A DNA stretch of 64,000 nucleotides. Source: Eledone cirrhosa. Lineage: Eukaryota. The stretch spans positions 136,710,001-136,774,000 of the forward strand of contig OZ024743.1 in NCBI GenBank assembly GCA_964016885.1. The letters are read 5' to 3'. A program made the position numbers and the translations under genes. Positions 26,001 through 38,649 of the stretch are shown here, piece by piece; the stretch's first letter is position 1; the number at the start of each line of letters is the position of its first letter. The notes under the pieces are model-generated. The model worked only from the letters and a program-made list of their open reading frames with translations. It made no database searches and was not told where the DNA came from.

Positions 26001-29000
26001 TGCTTGGTGCTTTGTGTTTGGTGCTTGGTGATTAGTGTTTGGTGCTTGGTACTTGGTGTTTGGTGCTTGGTGTTTGGTGTTTGCTGTTTGGTGTTTGGTG
26101 TTTGGTGTTTGCTGTTTGGTGTCTGCTTTTTAGTGTTTGGTGTTTGCTGTATGGTGTTTGCTGTTTCGTGTTTGGTGTTTGCTGTTTGGTGTTTGGTGTT
26201 TGCTGTTTGGTGTTTGGTCTTTGGTGCTTGGTGTTTGGTGCTTGGCGCTTGGTGTTTGGTGATTGGTGCTTGGTGTTTGGTGTTTGGTGCTTGGTGCTTG
26301 GTGCTTGGTGTTTGGTGCTTGGTGTCTGGTGCTTGGTGTCTGGTGCTTGGTGTTTGGTGTTTGGTGTTTGGTGCTTGGTGTTTGGTGTTTGGTGCTTGTT
26401 GCTTGGTGCTTGGTGCTTGGTGTTTGGTGCTTGGTGCTTGGTGTTTGGTGCTTGGTGCTTGGTGTTTGTACTTGGTGCTTGGTGCTTGGTGTTTGGTGCT
26501 TGGTTCTTGGTGTTTGGTGCTTGGTGTTTGGAGCTTGGTGCTTGGTGTTTGGTGCTTGGTGCTTGGTGTTTGTACTTGGTTCTTGGTGCTTGGTGTTTGG
26601 TGCTTGGTTCTTGGTGTTTGGTGCTTGGTGTTTGGAGCTTGGTGCTTGGTGTTTGGTGCTTGGTGCTTGGTGTTTGGTGTTTGGTGCTTGGTGCTTGGTG
26701 TTTGGTGTTTGGTGCTTAGTGTTTGGTGTTTGGTGCTTGGTGCTTGGTGTTTGTTGCTTGGTACTTGGTGCATGGTGTTTGGTGCTGGGTGCTTGGTGTT
26801 TGGTGCTTGGTGTTTGGTGCTTGGTGCTTGGTGTTTGGTGTTTGGTGTTTGATGCTTGGTGTTTTATGCTTGGTGCTTGGTGTTTGGTGCTTGGTGTTTG
26901 TACTTGGTGCTTGGTGCTTGGTGTTTTGTGCTTGGTTCTTGGTGTTTGGTGTTTGGTGCTTGGTACTTGGTGCTTGGTGTTAGGTGTTTGGTGCTTGGTG
27001 CTTGGTGTTTGGTGTTTGGTCCTTGGTGCTTGGTGCTTGGTGTTTGCTGCTTGGTGCTTGGTGCTTGGTGTTTGGTGTTTGGTGCTAGGTGCTTGGTGTT
27101 TGGTGTTTGGTGTTTGATGCTTGGTGTTTGGTGCTTGGTGTTTGGTGCTTGGGGCTTGGGGCTTGGTGTTTGGTGCTTGGTGCTTGGTGCTTGGTGTTTG
27201 GTGCTTGGTGCTTGGTGTTTGGTGTTTGGTGTTTGGTGCTTGGTGCTTGGTGTTTGGTGCTTGGTGCTTGGTGCTGGGTGGTTGGTATTTGGTGATTGGT
27301 GCTTGGTGCTTGGTGTTTGGTGCTTGGTGCTTGGTGCTTGGTCTTTGGTGCTTGGTCTTTGGTGTTTGGTGCTTGGTGCTTTGTGTTTGGTGCTTGGTGA
27401 TTAGTGTTTGGTGCTTGGTACTTGGTGTTTGGTGCTTGGTGTTTGGTGTTTGCTGTTTGGTGTTTGGTGTTTGGTGTTTGCTGTTTGGTGTCTGCTTTTT
27501 GGTGTTTGGTGTTTGCTGTATGGTGTTTGCTGTTTCGTGTTTGGTGTTTGCTGTTTGGTGTTTGGTGTTTGCTGTTTGGTGTTTGGTCTTTGGTGCATGG
27601 TGTTTGGTGCTTGGTGTTTGGTGTTTGGTGTTTGGTGCTTGGTGTTTGGTGTTTGGTGTTTGGTGTTTGGTGCTTGTTGCTCGGTGCTTGGTGCTTGGTG
27701 TTTGGTGCTTGGTGCTTGGTGTTTGGTGCTGGGTGCTTGGTGTTTGGTGCTTGGTGCTTGGTGCTTGGTGTTTGGTGTTTGGTGTTATATGCTTGGTGTT
27801 TGATGCTTGGTGCTTGGTGCTTGGTGTTTGGTGTTTGGTGCTTGGTGTTTTATGCTTGGTTTTTGATGTTTGGTGCTTGGTGCTTGGTGTTTGGTGATTG
27901 GTGCTTGGTGTTTGTACTTGGTGCTTGGTGCTTGGTTATTGGTGTTTGGTGCTTGGTGCTTGGTGCTTGGTGCTTGGTGTTTGGTGCTTGGTGTTTGGTG
28001 CTTGGTGTTTGGTGCTTGGTGCCTGGTGCTTGGTGCTTGGTGCTTGGTGTTTGGTGCTTGGTGTTTGCTGCTTGGTATTAGGTGTTTGGTGCTTGGTGCT
28101 TGGTGTTTGGTGTTTCGTGCTTGGTGTTTGGTGCTTGGTGTTTGGTGTTTGGTGCTTGGTGTTTGGTGCTTGGTACTTGGTGCTTGGTGCTTGGTGTTAG
28201 GTGTTTGGTGCTTGGTGCTTGGTGTTTGGTTTTTGGTGCTTGGTGCTTGGTGTTTGGTGTTTGGTGCTTGCTGCTGGCTGCTTGGTGTTTGGTGCTTGGT
28301 GTTTGGTGCTTGGTACTTGGTGCTTGGTGCTTGGTGTTTGGTGTTTGGTACTAGGTGCTTGGTGCTTGGTGTTTGGTGCTTGGTGCTTGGTGTTTGGTGC
28401 TTGGTGCTGGGTTCTGGGTGGTTGGTGTTTAATGCTTGGTGTTTGGTGCTGGGTGCTTGGTGTTTGGTGCTTGGTGCTTGGTCTTTGGTGTTTGGTGTTT
28501 GGTGTTTGGGGCTTGGTGCTTGGTGCTTGGTGTTTGGTGCTTGGTGCTTGGTGTTTGGTGCTTGGTGCTTAGTGTTTGGTGCTAGGTGCTTGGGGTTTGG
28601 TGTTTGGTGCTTGGTGCTTGGTGTTTGGTGCTTGGTGCTTGGTGTTTGGTGTTTGGTGCTTGGTGCTTGATGTTTGGTGTTTCCTGTTTGCTGTTTGGTG
28701 TTTGGTGTTTGGTGTTTGCTGTTTGGTGTCTGCTTTTTGGTGTTTGGTGTTTGCTGTATGTTATTTGCTGTTTGGTGTTTGGTGTTTGGTGTTTGGTGCT
28801 TGGTGCTTGGTGTTTGGTGCTTGGTGCTTGGTGTTTGGTGCCTGGTACTTGGGGCTTGGTGTTTGGTGTTTGGTGCTTGGAGCTTCGAGTTTGGTGTTTG
28901 GTGCTTGGTGCTTGGTGTTTTGTGTTTGGTGTTTGGTTTTTGGTGCTTGGTGCTTGGTGCTTGGTGCTTGGTCCTTGGTGTTTGGTGCTTGGTGCTTGGT

Positions 29001-32000
29001 GTTTGTACTTGGTGCTTGGTGCTTGGTGTTTGGTTCTTGGTTCTTGGTGTTTGGTACTTGGTGCTTGGTGCTTGGTGCTTGGTGCTTGGTGCTTGGTGTT
29101 TGGTGTTTGGTGTTTGGTGCTTGGTGCTTGGTGTTTGGTGCTTGGTGCTTGGTGCTGGGTGGTTGGTATTTGGTGCTTGGTGCTTGGTGTTTGGTGCTTG
29201 GTGCTTGGTGCTTGGTGTTTGGTGCTTGGTGCTTGGTGCTTGGTCTTTGGTGCTTGGTGTTTGGTGTTTGGTGCTTGGTGCTTTGTGTTTGGTGCTTGGT
29301 GATTAGTGTTTGGTGCTTGGTACTTGGTGTTTGGTGCTTGGTGTTTGGTGTTTGCTGTTTGGTGTTTGGTGTTTGGTGTTTGCTGTTTGGTGTCTGCTTT
29401 TTAGTGTTTGGTGTTTGCTGTATGGTGTTTGCTGTTTCGTGTTTGGTGTTTGCTGTTTGGTGTTTGGTGTTTGCTGTTTGGTGTTTGGTCTTTGGTGCTT
29501 GGTGTTTGGTGCTTGGCGCTTGGTGTTTGGTGATTGGTGCTTGGTGTTTGGTGTTTGGTGCTTGGTGCTTGGTGCTTGGTGTTTGGTGCTTGGTGTCTGG
29601 TGCTTCGTGTCTGGTGCTTGGTGTTTGGTGTTTGGTGTTTGGTGCTTGGTGTTTGGTGTTTGGTGCTTGTTGCTTGGTGCTTGGTGCTTGGTGTTTGGTG
29701 CTTGTTGCTTGGTGTTTGGTGCTGGGTGCTTGGTGTTTGGTGCTTGGTGCTTGGTGTTTGGTGTTTGGTGCTTGGTGCTTGGTGTTTGGTGTTTGGTGTT
29801 ATATGCTTGGTGTTTGGTGCTTGGTGCTTGGTGTTTGGATTTTGGTGCTTGGTGTTTGGTTTTTGGTGCTAGGTGCTTGGTGCTTGGTGTTTGGTGCTTG
29901 GTGTTTGGTGTTTGGTGCTTGGTGCTTGGTGTTTGGTACTTGGTGCTTGGTGCTTGGTGTTTGGTGCTTGGTGCTTGGTGTTTGGTGTTTGGTGTTTGGT
30001 GCTTGGTGCTTGGTGTTTGGTGCTTGGTGCTGGGTGGTTGGTGTTTGGTGCTTGGTGCTTGGTGTTTCGTGCTAGGTGCATGGTGCTTGGTGTTTGGTGC
30101 TTGGTGCTTGGTGCTTGGTCTTTGGTGTTTGGTGTTTAGTGCTTGGTGCTTGGTGCTTGGTGCTTGGTGCTTGGTGCTTGGTCCTTGGTGTTTGGGGCTT
30201 GGTGCTTGGTGTTTGGTGTTTGGTGCTTGGTGCTTGGTGCTTCGTGTTTGGTGTTTGGTGCTTGGTGTCTGGAGCTTGGTGTTTGGTGTTTGGTGCTTGG
30301 TGTTTGGTGTTTGGTGCTTGGTGCTTGGTGTTTGGTGCTTGGTGCTTGGTGTTTGTACTTGGTGCTTCGTGCTTGGTGTTTGGTGCTTGGTTCTTGGTGT
30401 TTGGTGCTTGGTGTTTGGAGCTTGGTGCTTGGTGTTTGGTGCTTGGTGCTTGGTGTTTGCTCTTGGTGCTTGGTGCTTGGTGTTTGGTGCTTGGTTCTTG
30501 GTGTTTGGTGCTTGGTGTTTGGAGCTTGGTGCTTGGTGTTTGGTGCTTGGTGCTTGGTGTTTGGTGTTTGGTGCTTGGTGCTTGGTGTTTGGTGTTTGGT
30601 GCTTGGTGTTTGGTGTTTGGTGTTTCGTGCTTGGTGCTTGGTGTTTGTTGCTTGGTACTTGGTGCATGGTGTTTGGTGCTGGGTGCTTGGTGTTTTGTGC
30701 TTGGTTCTTGGTGTTTGGTGTTTGGTGCTTGGTACTTGGTGTCTGGAGCTTGGTGTTTGGTGTTTGGTGCTTGGTGTTTGGTGCTTGGTGCTTGGTGTTT
30801 GGTGTTTGGTGTTTGATGCTTGGTGTTTTATGATTGGTGCTTGGTGTTTGGTGCTTGGTGTTTGTATTTGGTGCTTGGTGCTTGGTGTTTTGTGCTTGGT
30901 TCTTGGTGTTTGGTGCTGGGTGCTTGGTACTTGGTGCTTGGTGTTAGGTGTTTGGTGCTTGGTGCTTGGTGTTTGGTGTTTGGTCCTTGGTGCTTGGTGC
31001 TTGGTGTTTAGTGCTTGGTGCTTGGTGTTTGTTGTTTGGTGCTTTCTGTTTGCTGCTTGGTGTTTGCTGCTTGGTGCTTGGTGCTTGGTGTTTGGTGTTT
31101 GGTGCTAGGTGCTTGGTGTTTGGTGTTTGGTGTTTGATGCTTGGTGTTTGGTGCTTGGTGTTTGGTGCTTGGCGCTTGGGGCTTGGTGTTTGGTGCTTGG
31201 TGCTTGGTGCTTGGTGTTTGGTGCTTGGTGCTTGGTGTTTGGTGTTTGGTGTTTGGTGCTTGGTGCTTGGTGTTTGGTGCTTGGTGCTTGGTGCTGGGTG
31301 GTTGGTATTTGGTGCTTGGTGCTTGGTGTTTGGTGCTTGGTGCTTGGTGCTTGGTGTTTGGTGCTTGGTGCTTGGTGCTTGGTCTTTGGTGCTTGGTGTT
31401 TGGTGTTTGGTGCTTGGTGCTTTGTGTTTGGTGCTTGGTGATTAGTGTTTGGTGCTTGGTACTTGGTGTTTGGTGCTTGGTGTTTGGTGTTTGCTGTTTG
31501 GTGTTTGGTGTTTGGTGTTTGCTGTTTGGTGTCTGCTTTTTGGTGTTTGGTGTTTGCTGTATGGTGTTTGCTGTTTCGTGTTTGGTGTTTGCTGTTTGGT
31601 GTTTGGTGTTTGCTGTTTGGTGTTTGGTCTTTGGTGCTTGGTGTTTGGTGCTTGGTGCTTGGTGTTTGGTGTTTGGTGCTTGGTGCTTGGTGCTTGGTGT
31701 TTGGTGTTTGGTGCTTGGTGCTTGGTGTTTGGTGCTTGGTGCTGGGTGGTTGTTGTTTGGTGCTTGGTGCTTGGTGTTTCGTGCTAGGTGCATGGTGCTT
31801 GGTGTTTGGTGCTTGGTGCTTGGTGCTTGGTGCTTGGTGCTTGGTCCTTGGTGTTTGGTGCTTGGTGCTTGGTGTTTGGTGTTTGGTGCTTGGTGCTTGG
31901 TGCTTCGTGTTTGGTGTTTGGTGCTTGGTGTCTGGAGCTTGGTGTTTGGTGTTTGGTGCTTGGTGTTTGGTGTTTCGTGCTTGGTACTTGGTGTTTGGTG

Positions 32001-34010
32001 CTTGGTGCTTGGTGTTTGTACTTGGTGCTTGGTGCTTGGTGTTTGGTGCTTGGTTCTTGGTGTTTGGTGCTTGGTGTTTGGAGCTTGGTGCTTGGTGTTT
32101 GGTGCTTGGTGCTTGGTGTTTGGTGTTTGGTGCTTGGTGCTTGGTGTTTGGTGTTTGGTGCTTGGTGTTTGGTGTTTGGTGCTTGGTGCTTGGTGTTTGT
32201 TGCTTGGTACTTGGTGCTTGGTGTTTGGTGCTGGGTGCTTGGTGTTTTGTGCTTGGTTCTTGGTGTTTGGTGTTTGGTGCTTGGTACTTGGTGTCTGGAG
32301 CTTGGTGTTTGGTGTTTGGTGCTTGGTGTTTGGTGTTTGGTGCTTGGTGTTTGGTGCTTGGTGCCTGGTGCTTGGTGCTTGGTGCTTGGTGTTTGGTGCT
32401 TGGTGTTTGGTGCTTGGTGTTTGGTGTTTGGTGCTTGGTGTTTGGTGCTTGGTACTTGGTGCTTGGTGCTTGGTGTTAGGTGTTTGGTGCTTGGTGCTTG
32501 GTGCTTGGTACTTGGTGCTTGGTGCTTGGTGTTAGGTGTTTGGTGCTTGGTGCTTGGTGTTTGGTTTTTGGTGCTTGGTGCTTGGTGTTTGGTGTTTGGT
32601 GCTTGCTGCTGGCTGCTTGGTGTTTGGTGCTTGGTGATTGGTGCTTGGTGTTTGGTGCTTGGTGTTTGGTGTTTGGTACTAGGTGCTTGGTGCTTGGTGT
32701 TTGGTGCTTGGTGCTTGGTGTTTGGTGCTTGGTGCTGGGTTCTGGGTGGTTGGTGTTTGGTGCTTGGTGTTTGGTGCTGGGTGCTTGGTGTTTGGTGCTT
32801 GGTGCTTGGTCTTTGGTGTTTGGTGTTTGGTGTTTGGGGCTTGGTGCTTGGTGCTTGGTGTTTGGTGCTTGGTGCTTGGTGTTTGGTGCTTGGTGCTTAG
32901 TGTTTGGTGCTATGTGCTTGGGGTTTGGTGTTTGGTGCTTGGTGCTTGGTGTTTGGTGCTTGGTGCTTGGTGTTTGGTGTTTGGTGCTTGGTGCTTGATG
33001 TTTGGTGTTTCCTGTTTGCTGTTTGGTGTTTGGTGTTTGGTGTTTGCTGTTTGGTGTCTGCTTTTTGGTGTTTGGTGTTTGCTGTATGTTATTTGCTGTT
33101 TGGTGTTTGGTGTTTGGTGTTTGGTGCTTGGTGCTTGGTGTTTGGTGCTTGGTGCTTGGTGTTTGGTGCCTGGTACTTGGGGCTTGGTGTTTGGTGTTTG
33201 GTGCTTGGTGCTTGGAGTTTGGTGTTTGGTGCTTGGTGCTTGGTGTTTTGTGTTTGGTGTTTGGTTTTTGGTGCTTGGTGCTTGGTGCTTGGTGCTTGGT
33301 CCTTGGTGTTTGGTGCTTGGTGCTTGGTGTTTGTACTTGGTGCTTGGTGCTTGGTGTTTGGTTCTTGGTTCTTGGTGTTTGGTACTTGGTGCTTGGTGCT
33401 TGGTGCTTGGTGTTTGGTGTTTGGTGTTTGGTGCTTGGTGCTTGGTGTTTGGTGCTTGGTGCTTGGTGCTGGGTGGTTGGTATTTGGTGCTTGGTGCTTG
33501 GTGTTTGGTGCTTGGTGCTTGGTGCTTGGTGTTTGGTGCTTGGTGCTTGGTGCTTGGTCTTTGGTGCTTGGTGTTTGGTGTTTGGTGCTTGGTGCTTTGT
33601 GTTTGGTGCTTGGTGATTAGTGTTTGGTGCTTGGTACTTGGTGTTTGGTGCTTGGTGTTTGGTGTTTGCTGTTTGGTGTTTGGTGTTTGGTGTTTGCTGT
33701 TTGGTGTCTGCTTTTTAGTGTTTGGTGTTTGCTGTATGGTGTTTGCTGTTTCGTGTTTGGTGTTTGCTGTTTGGTGTTTGGTGTTTGCTGTTTGGTGTTT
33801 GGTCTTTGGTGCTTGGTGTTTGGTGCTTGGCGCTTGGTGTTTGGTGATTGGTGCTTGGTGTTTGGTGTTTGGTGCTTGGTGCTTGGTGCTTGGTGTTTGG
33901 TGCTTGGTGTCTGGTGCTTGGTGTCTGGTGCTTGGTGTTTGGTGTTTGGTGTTTGGTGCTTGGTGTTTGGTGTTTGGTGCTTGTTGCTTGGTGCTTGGTG
34001 CTTGGTGTTT
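18830..34010 (+). repeat. Near-identical tandem duplication, period 7592/7585 bp (copy 1 about 18830-26420, copy 2 about 26421-34010)
   Basis: Many ORF pairs are offset by exactly 7592 (19131/26723, 19812/27404, 20984/28576, 21718/29310, 23549/31141, 24196/31788) and then 7585 (25098/32683, 25417/33002, 26039/33624). Shared private variants include TTAATGC, AGCTTCGAG, TTCCTGT and TATGTGC. Confidence 0.95.
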
Positions 34011-36300
34011 GGTGCTTGGTGCTTGGTGTTTGGTGCTGGGTGCTTGGTGTTTGGTGCTTGGTGCTTGGTGTTTGGTGTTTGGTGCTTGGTGCTTGGTGTT
34101 TGGTGTTTGGTGTTATATGCTTGGTGTTTGGTGCTTGGTGCTTGGTGTTTGGTGTTTGGTGCTTGGTGTTTGGTTTTTGGTGCTAGGTGCTTGGTGCTTG
34201 GTGTTTGGTGCTTGGCGTTTGGTGTTTGGTGCTTGGTGCTTGGTGTTTGGTACTTGGTGCTTGGTGCTTGGTGTTTGGTGCTTGGTGCTTGGTGTTTGGT
34301 GTTTGGTGTTTGGTGCTTGGTGCTTGGTGTTTGGTGCTTGGTGCTGGGTGGTTGGTGTTTGGTGCTTGGTGCTTGGTGTTTCGTGCTAGGTGCATGGTGC
34401 TTGGTGTTTGGTGCTTGGTGCTTGGTGCTTGGTCTTTGGTGTTTGGTGTTTAGTGCTTGGTGCTTGGTGCTTGGTGCTTGGTGCTTGGTGCTTGGTCCTT
34501 GGTGTTTGGGGCTTGGTGCTTGGTGTTTGGTGTTTGGTGCTTGGTGCTTGGTGCTTCGTGTTTGGTGTTTGGTGCTTGGTGTCTGGAGCTTGGTGTTTGG
34601 TGTTTGGTGCTTGGTGTTTGGTGTTTGGTGCTTGGTGCTTGGTGTTTGGTGCTTGGTGCTTGGTGTTTGTACTTGGTGCTTGGTGCTTGGTGTTTGGTGC
34701 TTGGTTCTTGGTGTTTGGTGCTTGGTGTTTGGAGCTTGGTGCTTGGTGTTTGGTGCTTGGTGCTTGGTGTTTGCTCTTGGTGCTTGGTGCTTGGTGTTTG
34801 GTGCTTGGTTCTTGGTGTTTGGTGCTTGGTGTTTGGAGCTTGGTGCTTGGTGTTTGGTGCTTGGTGCTTGGTGTTTGGTGTTTGGTGCTTGGTGCTTGGT
34901 GTTTGGTGTTTGGTGCTTGGTGTTTGGTGTTTGGTGTTTCGTGCTTGGTGCTTGGTGTTTGTTGCTTGGTACTTGGTGCATGGTGTTTGGTGCTGGGTGC
35001 TTGGTGTTTTGTGCTTGGTTCTTGGTGTTTGGTGTTTGGTGCTTGGTACTTGGTGTCTGGAGCTTGGTGTTTGGTGTTTGGTGCTTGGTGTTTGGTGCTT
35101 GGTGCTTGGTGTTTGGTGTTTGGTGTTTGATGCTTGGTGTTTTATGATTGGTGCTTGGTGTTTGGTGCTTGGTGTTTGTATTTGGTGCTTGGTGCTTGGT
35201 GTTTTGTGCTTGGTTCTTGGTGTTTGGTGCTGGGTGCTTGGTACTTGGTGCTTGGTGTTAGGTGTTTGGTGCTTGGTGCTTGGTGTTTGGTGTTTGGTCC
35301 TTGGTGCTTGGTGCTTGGTGTTTAGTGCTTGGTGCTTGGTGTTTGTTGTTTGGTGCTTTCTGTTTGCTGCTTGATGTTTGCTGCTTGGTGCTTGGTGCTT
35401 GGTGTTTGGTGTTTGGTGCTAGGTGCTTGGTGTTTGGTGTTTGGTGTTTGATGCTTGGTGTTTGGTGCTTGGTGTTTGGTGCTTGGTGCTTGGGGCTTGG
35501 TGTTTGGTGCTTGGTGCTTGGTGCTTGGTGTTTGGTGCTTGGTGCTTGGTGTTTGGTGTTTGGTGTTTGGTGCTTGGTGCTTGGTGTTTGGTGCTTGGTG
35601 CTTGGTGCTGGGTGGTTGGTATTTGGTGCTTGGTGCTTGGTGTTTGGTGCTTGGTGCTTGGTGCTTGGTGTTTGGTGCTTGGTGCTTGGTGCTTGGTCTT
35701 TGGTGCTTGGTGTTTGGTGTTTGGTGCTTGGTGCTTTGTGTTTGGTGCTTGGTGATTAGTGTTTGGTGCTTGGTACTTGGTGTTTGGTGCTTGGTGTTTG
35801 GTGTTTGCTGTTTGGTGTTTGGTGTTTGGTGTTTGCTGTTTGGTGTCTGCTTTTTGGTGTTTGGTGTTTGCTGTATGGTGTTTGCTGTTTCGTGTTTGGT
35901 GTTTGCTGTTTGGTGTTTGGTGTTTGCTGTTTGGTGTTTGGTCTTTGGTGCTTGGTGTTTGGTGCTTGGTGCTTGGTGTTTGGTGTTTGGTGCTTGGTGC
36001 TTGGTGCTTGGTGTTTGGTGTTTGGTGCTTGGTGCTTGGTGTTTGGTGCTTGGTGCTGGGTGGTTGTTGTTTGGTGCTTGGTGCTTGGTGTTTCGTGCTA
36101 GGTGCATGGTGCTTGGTGTTTGGTGCTTGGTGCTTGGTGCTTGGTGCTTGGTGCTTGGTCCTTGGTGTTTGGTGCTTGGTGCTTCGTGTTTGGTGTTTGG
36201 TGCTTGGTGTCTGGAGCTTGGTGTTTGGTGTTTGGTGCTTGGTGTTTGGTGTTTCGTGCTTGGTGCTTGGTGTTTGGTGCTTGGTGCTTGATGTTTGTAC
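28000..36300 (+). repeat. Overlapping duplication with period about 4.3 kb
   Basis: ORF pairs are offset by 4314 (29303/33617, 29310/33624, 30948/35262, 31445/35759, 31788/36102). The equivalent inside copy 1 of the 7.6-kb unit is 4321-4342 (20490/24832, 20984/25319, 21718/26039). Confidence 0.85.
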
Positions 36301-37540
36301 TTGGTGCTTGGTGCTTGGTGTTTGGTGCTTGGTTCTTGGTGTTTGGTGCTTGGTGTTTGGAGCTTGGTGCTTGGTGTTTGGTGCTTGGTGCTTGGTGTTT
36401 GTACTTGGTGCTTGGTGCTTGGTGTTTGGTGCTTGGTTCTTGGTGTTTGGTGCTTGGTGTTTGGAGCTTGGTGCTTGGTGTTTGGTGCTTGGTGCTTGGT
36501 GTTTGGTGTTTGGTGCTTGGTGCTTGGTGTTTGGTGTTTGGTGCTTGGTGTTTGGTGTTTGGTGCTTGGTGCTTGGTGTTTGTTGCTTGGTACTTGGTGC
36601 ATGGTGTTTGGTGCTGGGTGCTTGGTGTTTTGTGCTTGGTTCTTGGTGTTTGGTGTTTGGTGCTTGGTACTTGGTGTCTGGAGCTTGGTGTTTGGTGTTT
36701 GGTGCTTGGTGTTTGGTGCTTGGTGCTTGGTGTTTGGTGTTTGGTGTTTGATGCTTGGTGTTTTATGCTTGGTGCTTGGTGTTTGGTGCTTGGTGTTTGT
36801 ATTTGGTGCTTGGTGCTTGGTGTTTTGTGCTTGGTTCTTGGTGTTTGGTGTTTGGTGCTTGGTACTTGGTGCTTGGTGTTAGGTGTTTGGTGCTTGGTGC
36901 TTGGTGTTTGGTGTTTGGTCCTTGGTGCTTGGTGCTTGGTGTTTAGTGCTTGGTGCTTGGTGTTTGTTGTTTGGTGCTTTCTGTTTGCTGCTTGGTGTTT
37001 GCTGCTTGGTGCTTGGTGCTTGGTGTTTGGTGTTTGGTGCTAGGTGCTTGGTGTTTGGTGTTTGGTGTTTGATGCTTGGTGTTTGGTGCTTGGTGTTTGG
37101 TGCTTGGTGCTTGGGGCTTGGTGTTTGGTGCTTGGTGCTTGGTGCTTGGTGTTTGGTGCTTGGTGCTTGGTGTTTGGTGTTTGGTGTTTGGTGCTTGGTG
37201 CTTGGTGTTTGGTGCTTGGTGCTTGGTGCTGGGTGGTTGGTATTTGGTGCTTGGTGCTTGGTGTTTGGTGCTTGGTGCTTGGTGCTTGGTGTTTGGTGCT
37301 TGGTGCTTGGTGCTTGGTCTTTGGTGCTTGGTGTTTGGTGTTTGGTGCTTGGTGCTTTGTGTTTGGTGCTTGGTGATTAGTGTTTGGTGCTTCGTACTTG
37401 GTGTTTGGTGCTTGGTGTTTGGTGTTTGCTGTTTGGTGTTTGGTGTTTGCTGTTTGCTGTTTGGTGTCTGCTTTTTGGTGTTTGGTGTTTGCTGTATGGT
37501 GTTTGCTGTTTCGTGTTTGGTGTTTGCTGTTTGGTGTTTG
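34950..37540 (+). repeat. Local duplication, offset 1621 bp
   Basis: ORF pairs 35134/36755, 35262/36883, 35423/37044, 35455/37076 and 35759/37380 are all offset by 1621. Confidence 0.8.
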
Positions 37541-38649
37541 GTGTTTGGTGCTTGTTGCTTGGTGCTTGGTGCTTGGTGTTTGGTGCTTGGTGCTTGGTGT
37601 TTGGTGCTGGGTGCTTGGTGTTTGGTGCTTGGTGCTTGGTGCTTGGTGTTTGGTGTTTGGTGCTTGGTGCTTGGTGTTTGGTGTTTGGTGTTATATGCTT
37701 GGTGTTTGATGCTTGGTGCTTGGTGCTTGGTGTTTGGTGTTTGGTGCTTGGTGTTTTATGCTTGGTGTTTGATGTTTGGTGCTTGGTGCTTGGTGTTTGG
37801 TGCTTGGTGCTTGGTGTTTCTACTTGGTGCTTGGTGCTTGGTTCTTGGTGTTTGGTGCTTGGTGCTTGGTGCTTGGTGCTGGGTGGTTGGTATTTGGTGC
37901 TTGGTGCTTGGTGCTTGGTCTTTGGTGCTTGGTGTTTGGTGTTTGGTGCTTGGTGCTTTGTGTTTGGTGCTTGGTGATTAGTGTTTGGTGCTTGGTACTT
38001 GGTGTTTGGTGCTTGGTGTTTGGTGTTTGCTGTTTGGTGTTTGGTGTTTGCTGTTTGCTGTTTGGTGTCTGCTTTTTGGTGTTTGGTGTTTGCTGTATGG
38101 TGTTTGCTGTTTCGTGTTTGGTGTTTGCTGTTTGGTGTTTGGTGTTTGCTGTTTGGTGTTTGGTCTTTGGTGCTTGGTGTTTGGTGCTTGGTGCTTGGTG
38201 TTTGGTGTTTGGTGCTTGGTGCTTGGTGCTTGGTGTTTGGTGCTTGGTGTCTGGTGCTTGGTCTCTGGTGCTTGGTGTTTGGTGTTTGGTGTTTGGTGCT
38301 TGGTGTTTGGTGTTTGGTGTTTGGTGTTTGGTGCTTGTTGCTTGGTGCTTGGTGCTTGGTGTTTGGTGCTTGGTGCTTGGTGTTTGGTGTTTGGTGTTAT
38401 ATGCTTGGTGTTTGATGCTTGGTGCTTGGTGCTTGGTGTTTGGTGTTTGGTGCTTTGTGTTTTATGCTTGGTGTTTGATGTTTGGTGCTTGGTGCTTGGT
38501 GTTTGGTGCTTGGTGCTTGGTGTTTCTACTTGGTGCTTGGTGCTTGGTTCTTGGTGTTTGGTGCTTGGTGCTTGGTGCTTGGTGCTTGGTGTTTGGTGCT
38601 TGGTGTTTGGTGCTTGGTGTTTGGTGCTTGGTGCCTGGTGCTTGGTGCT

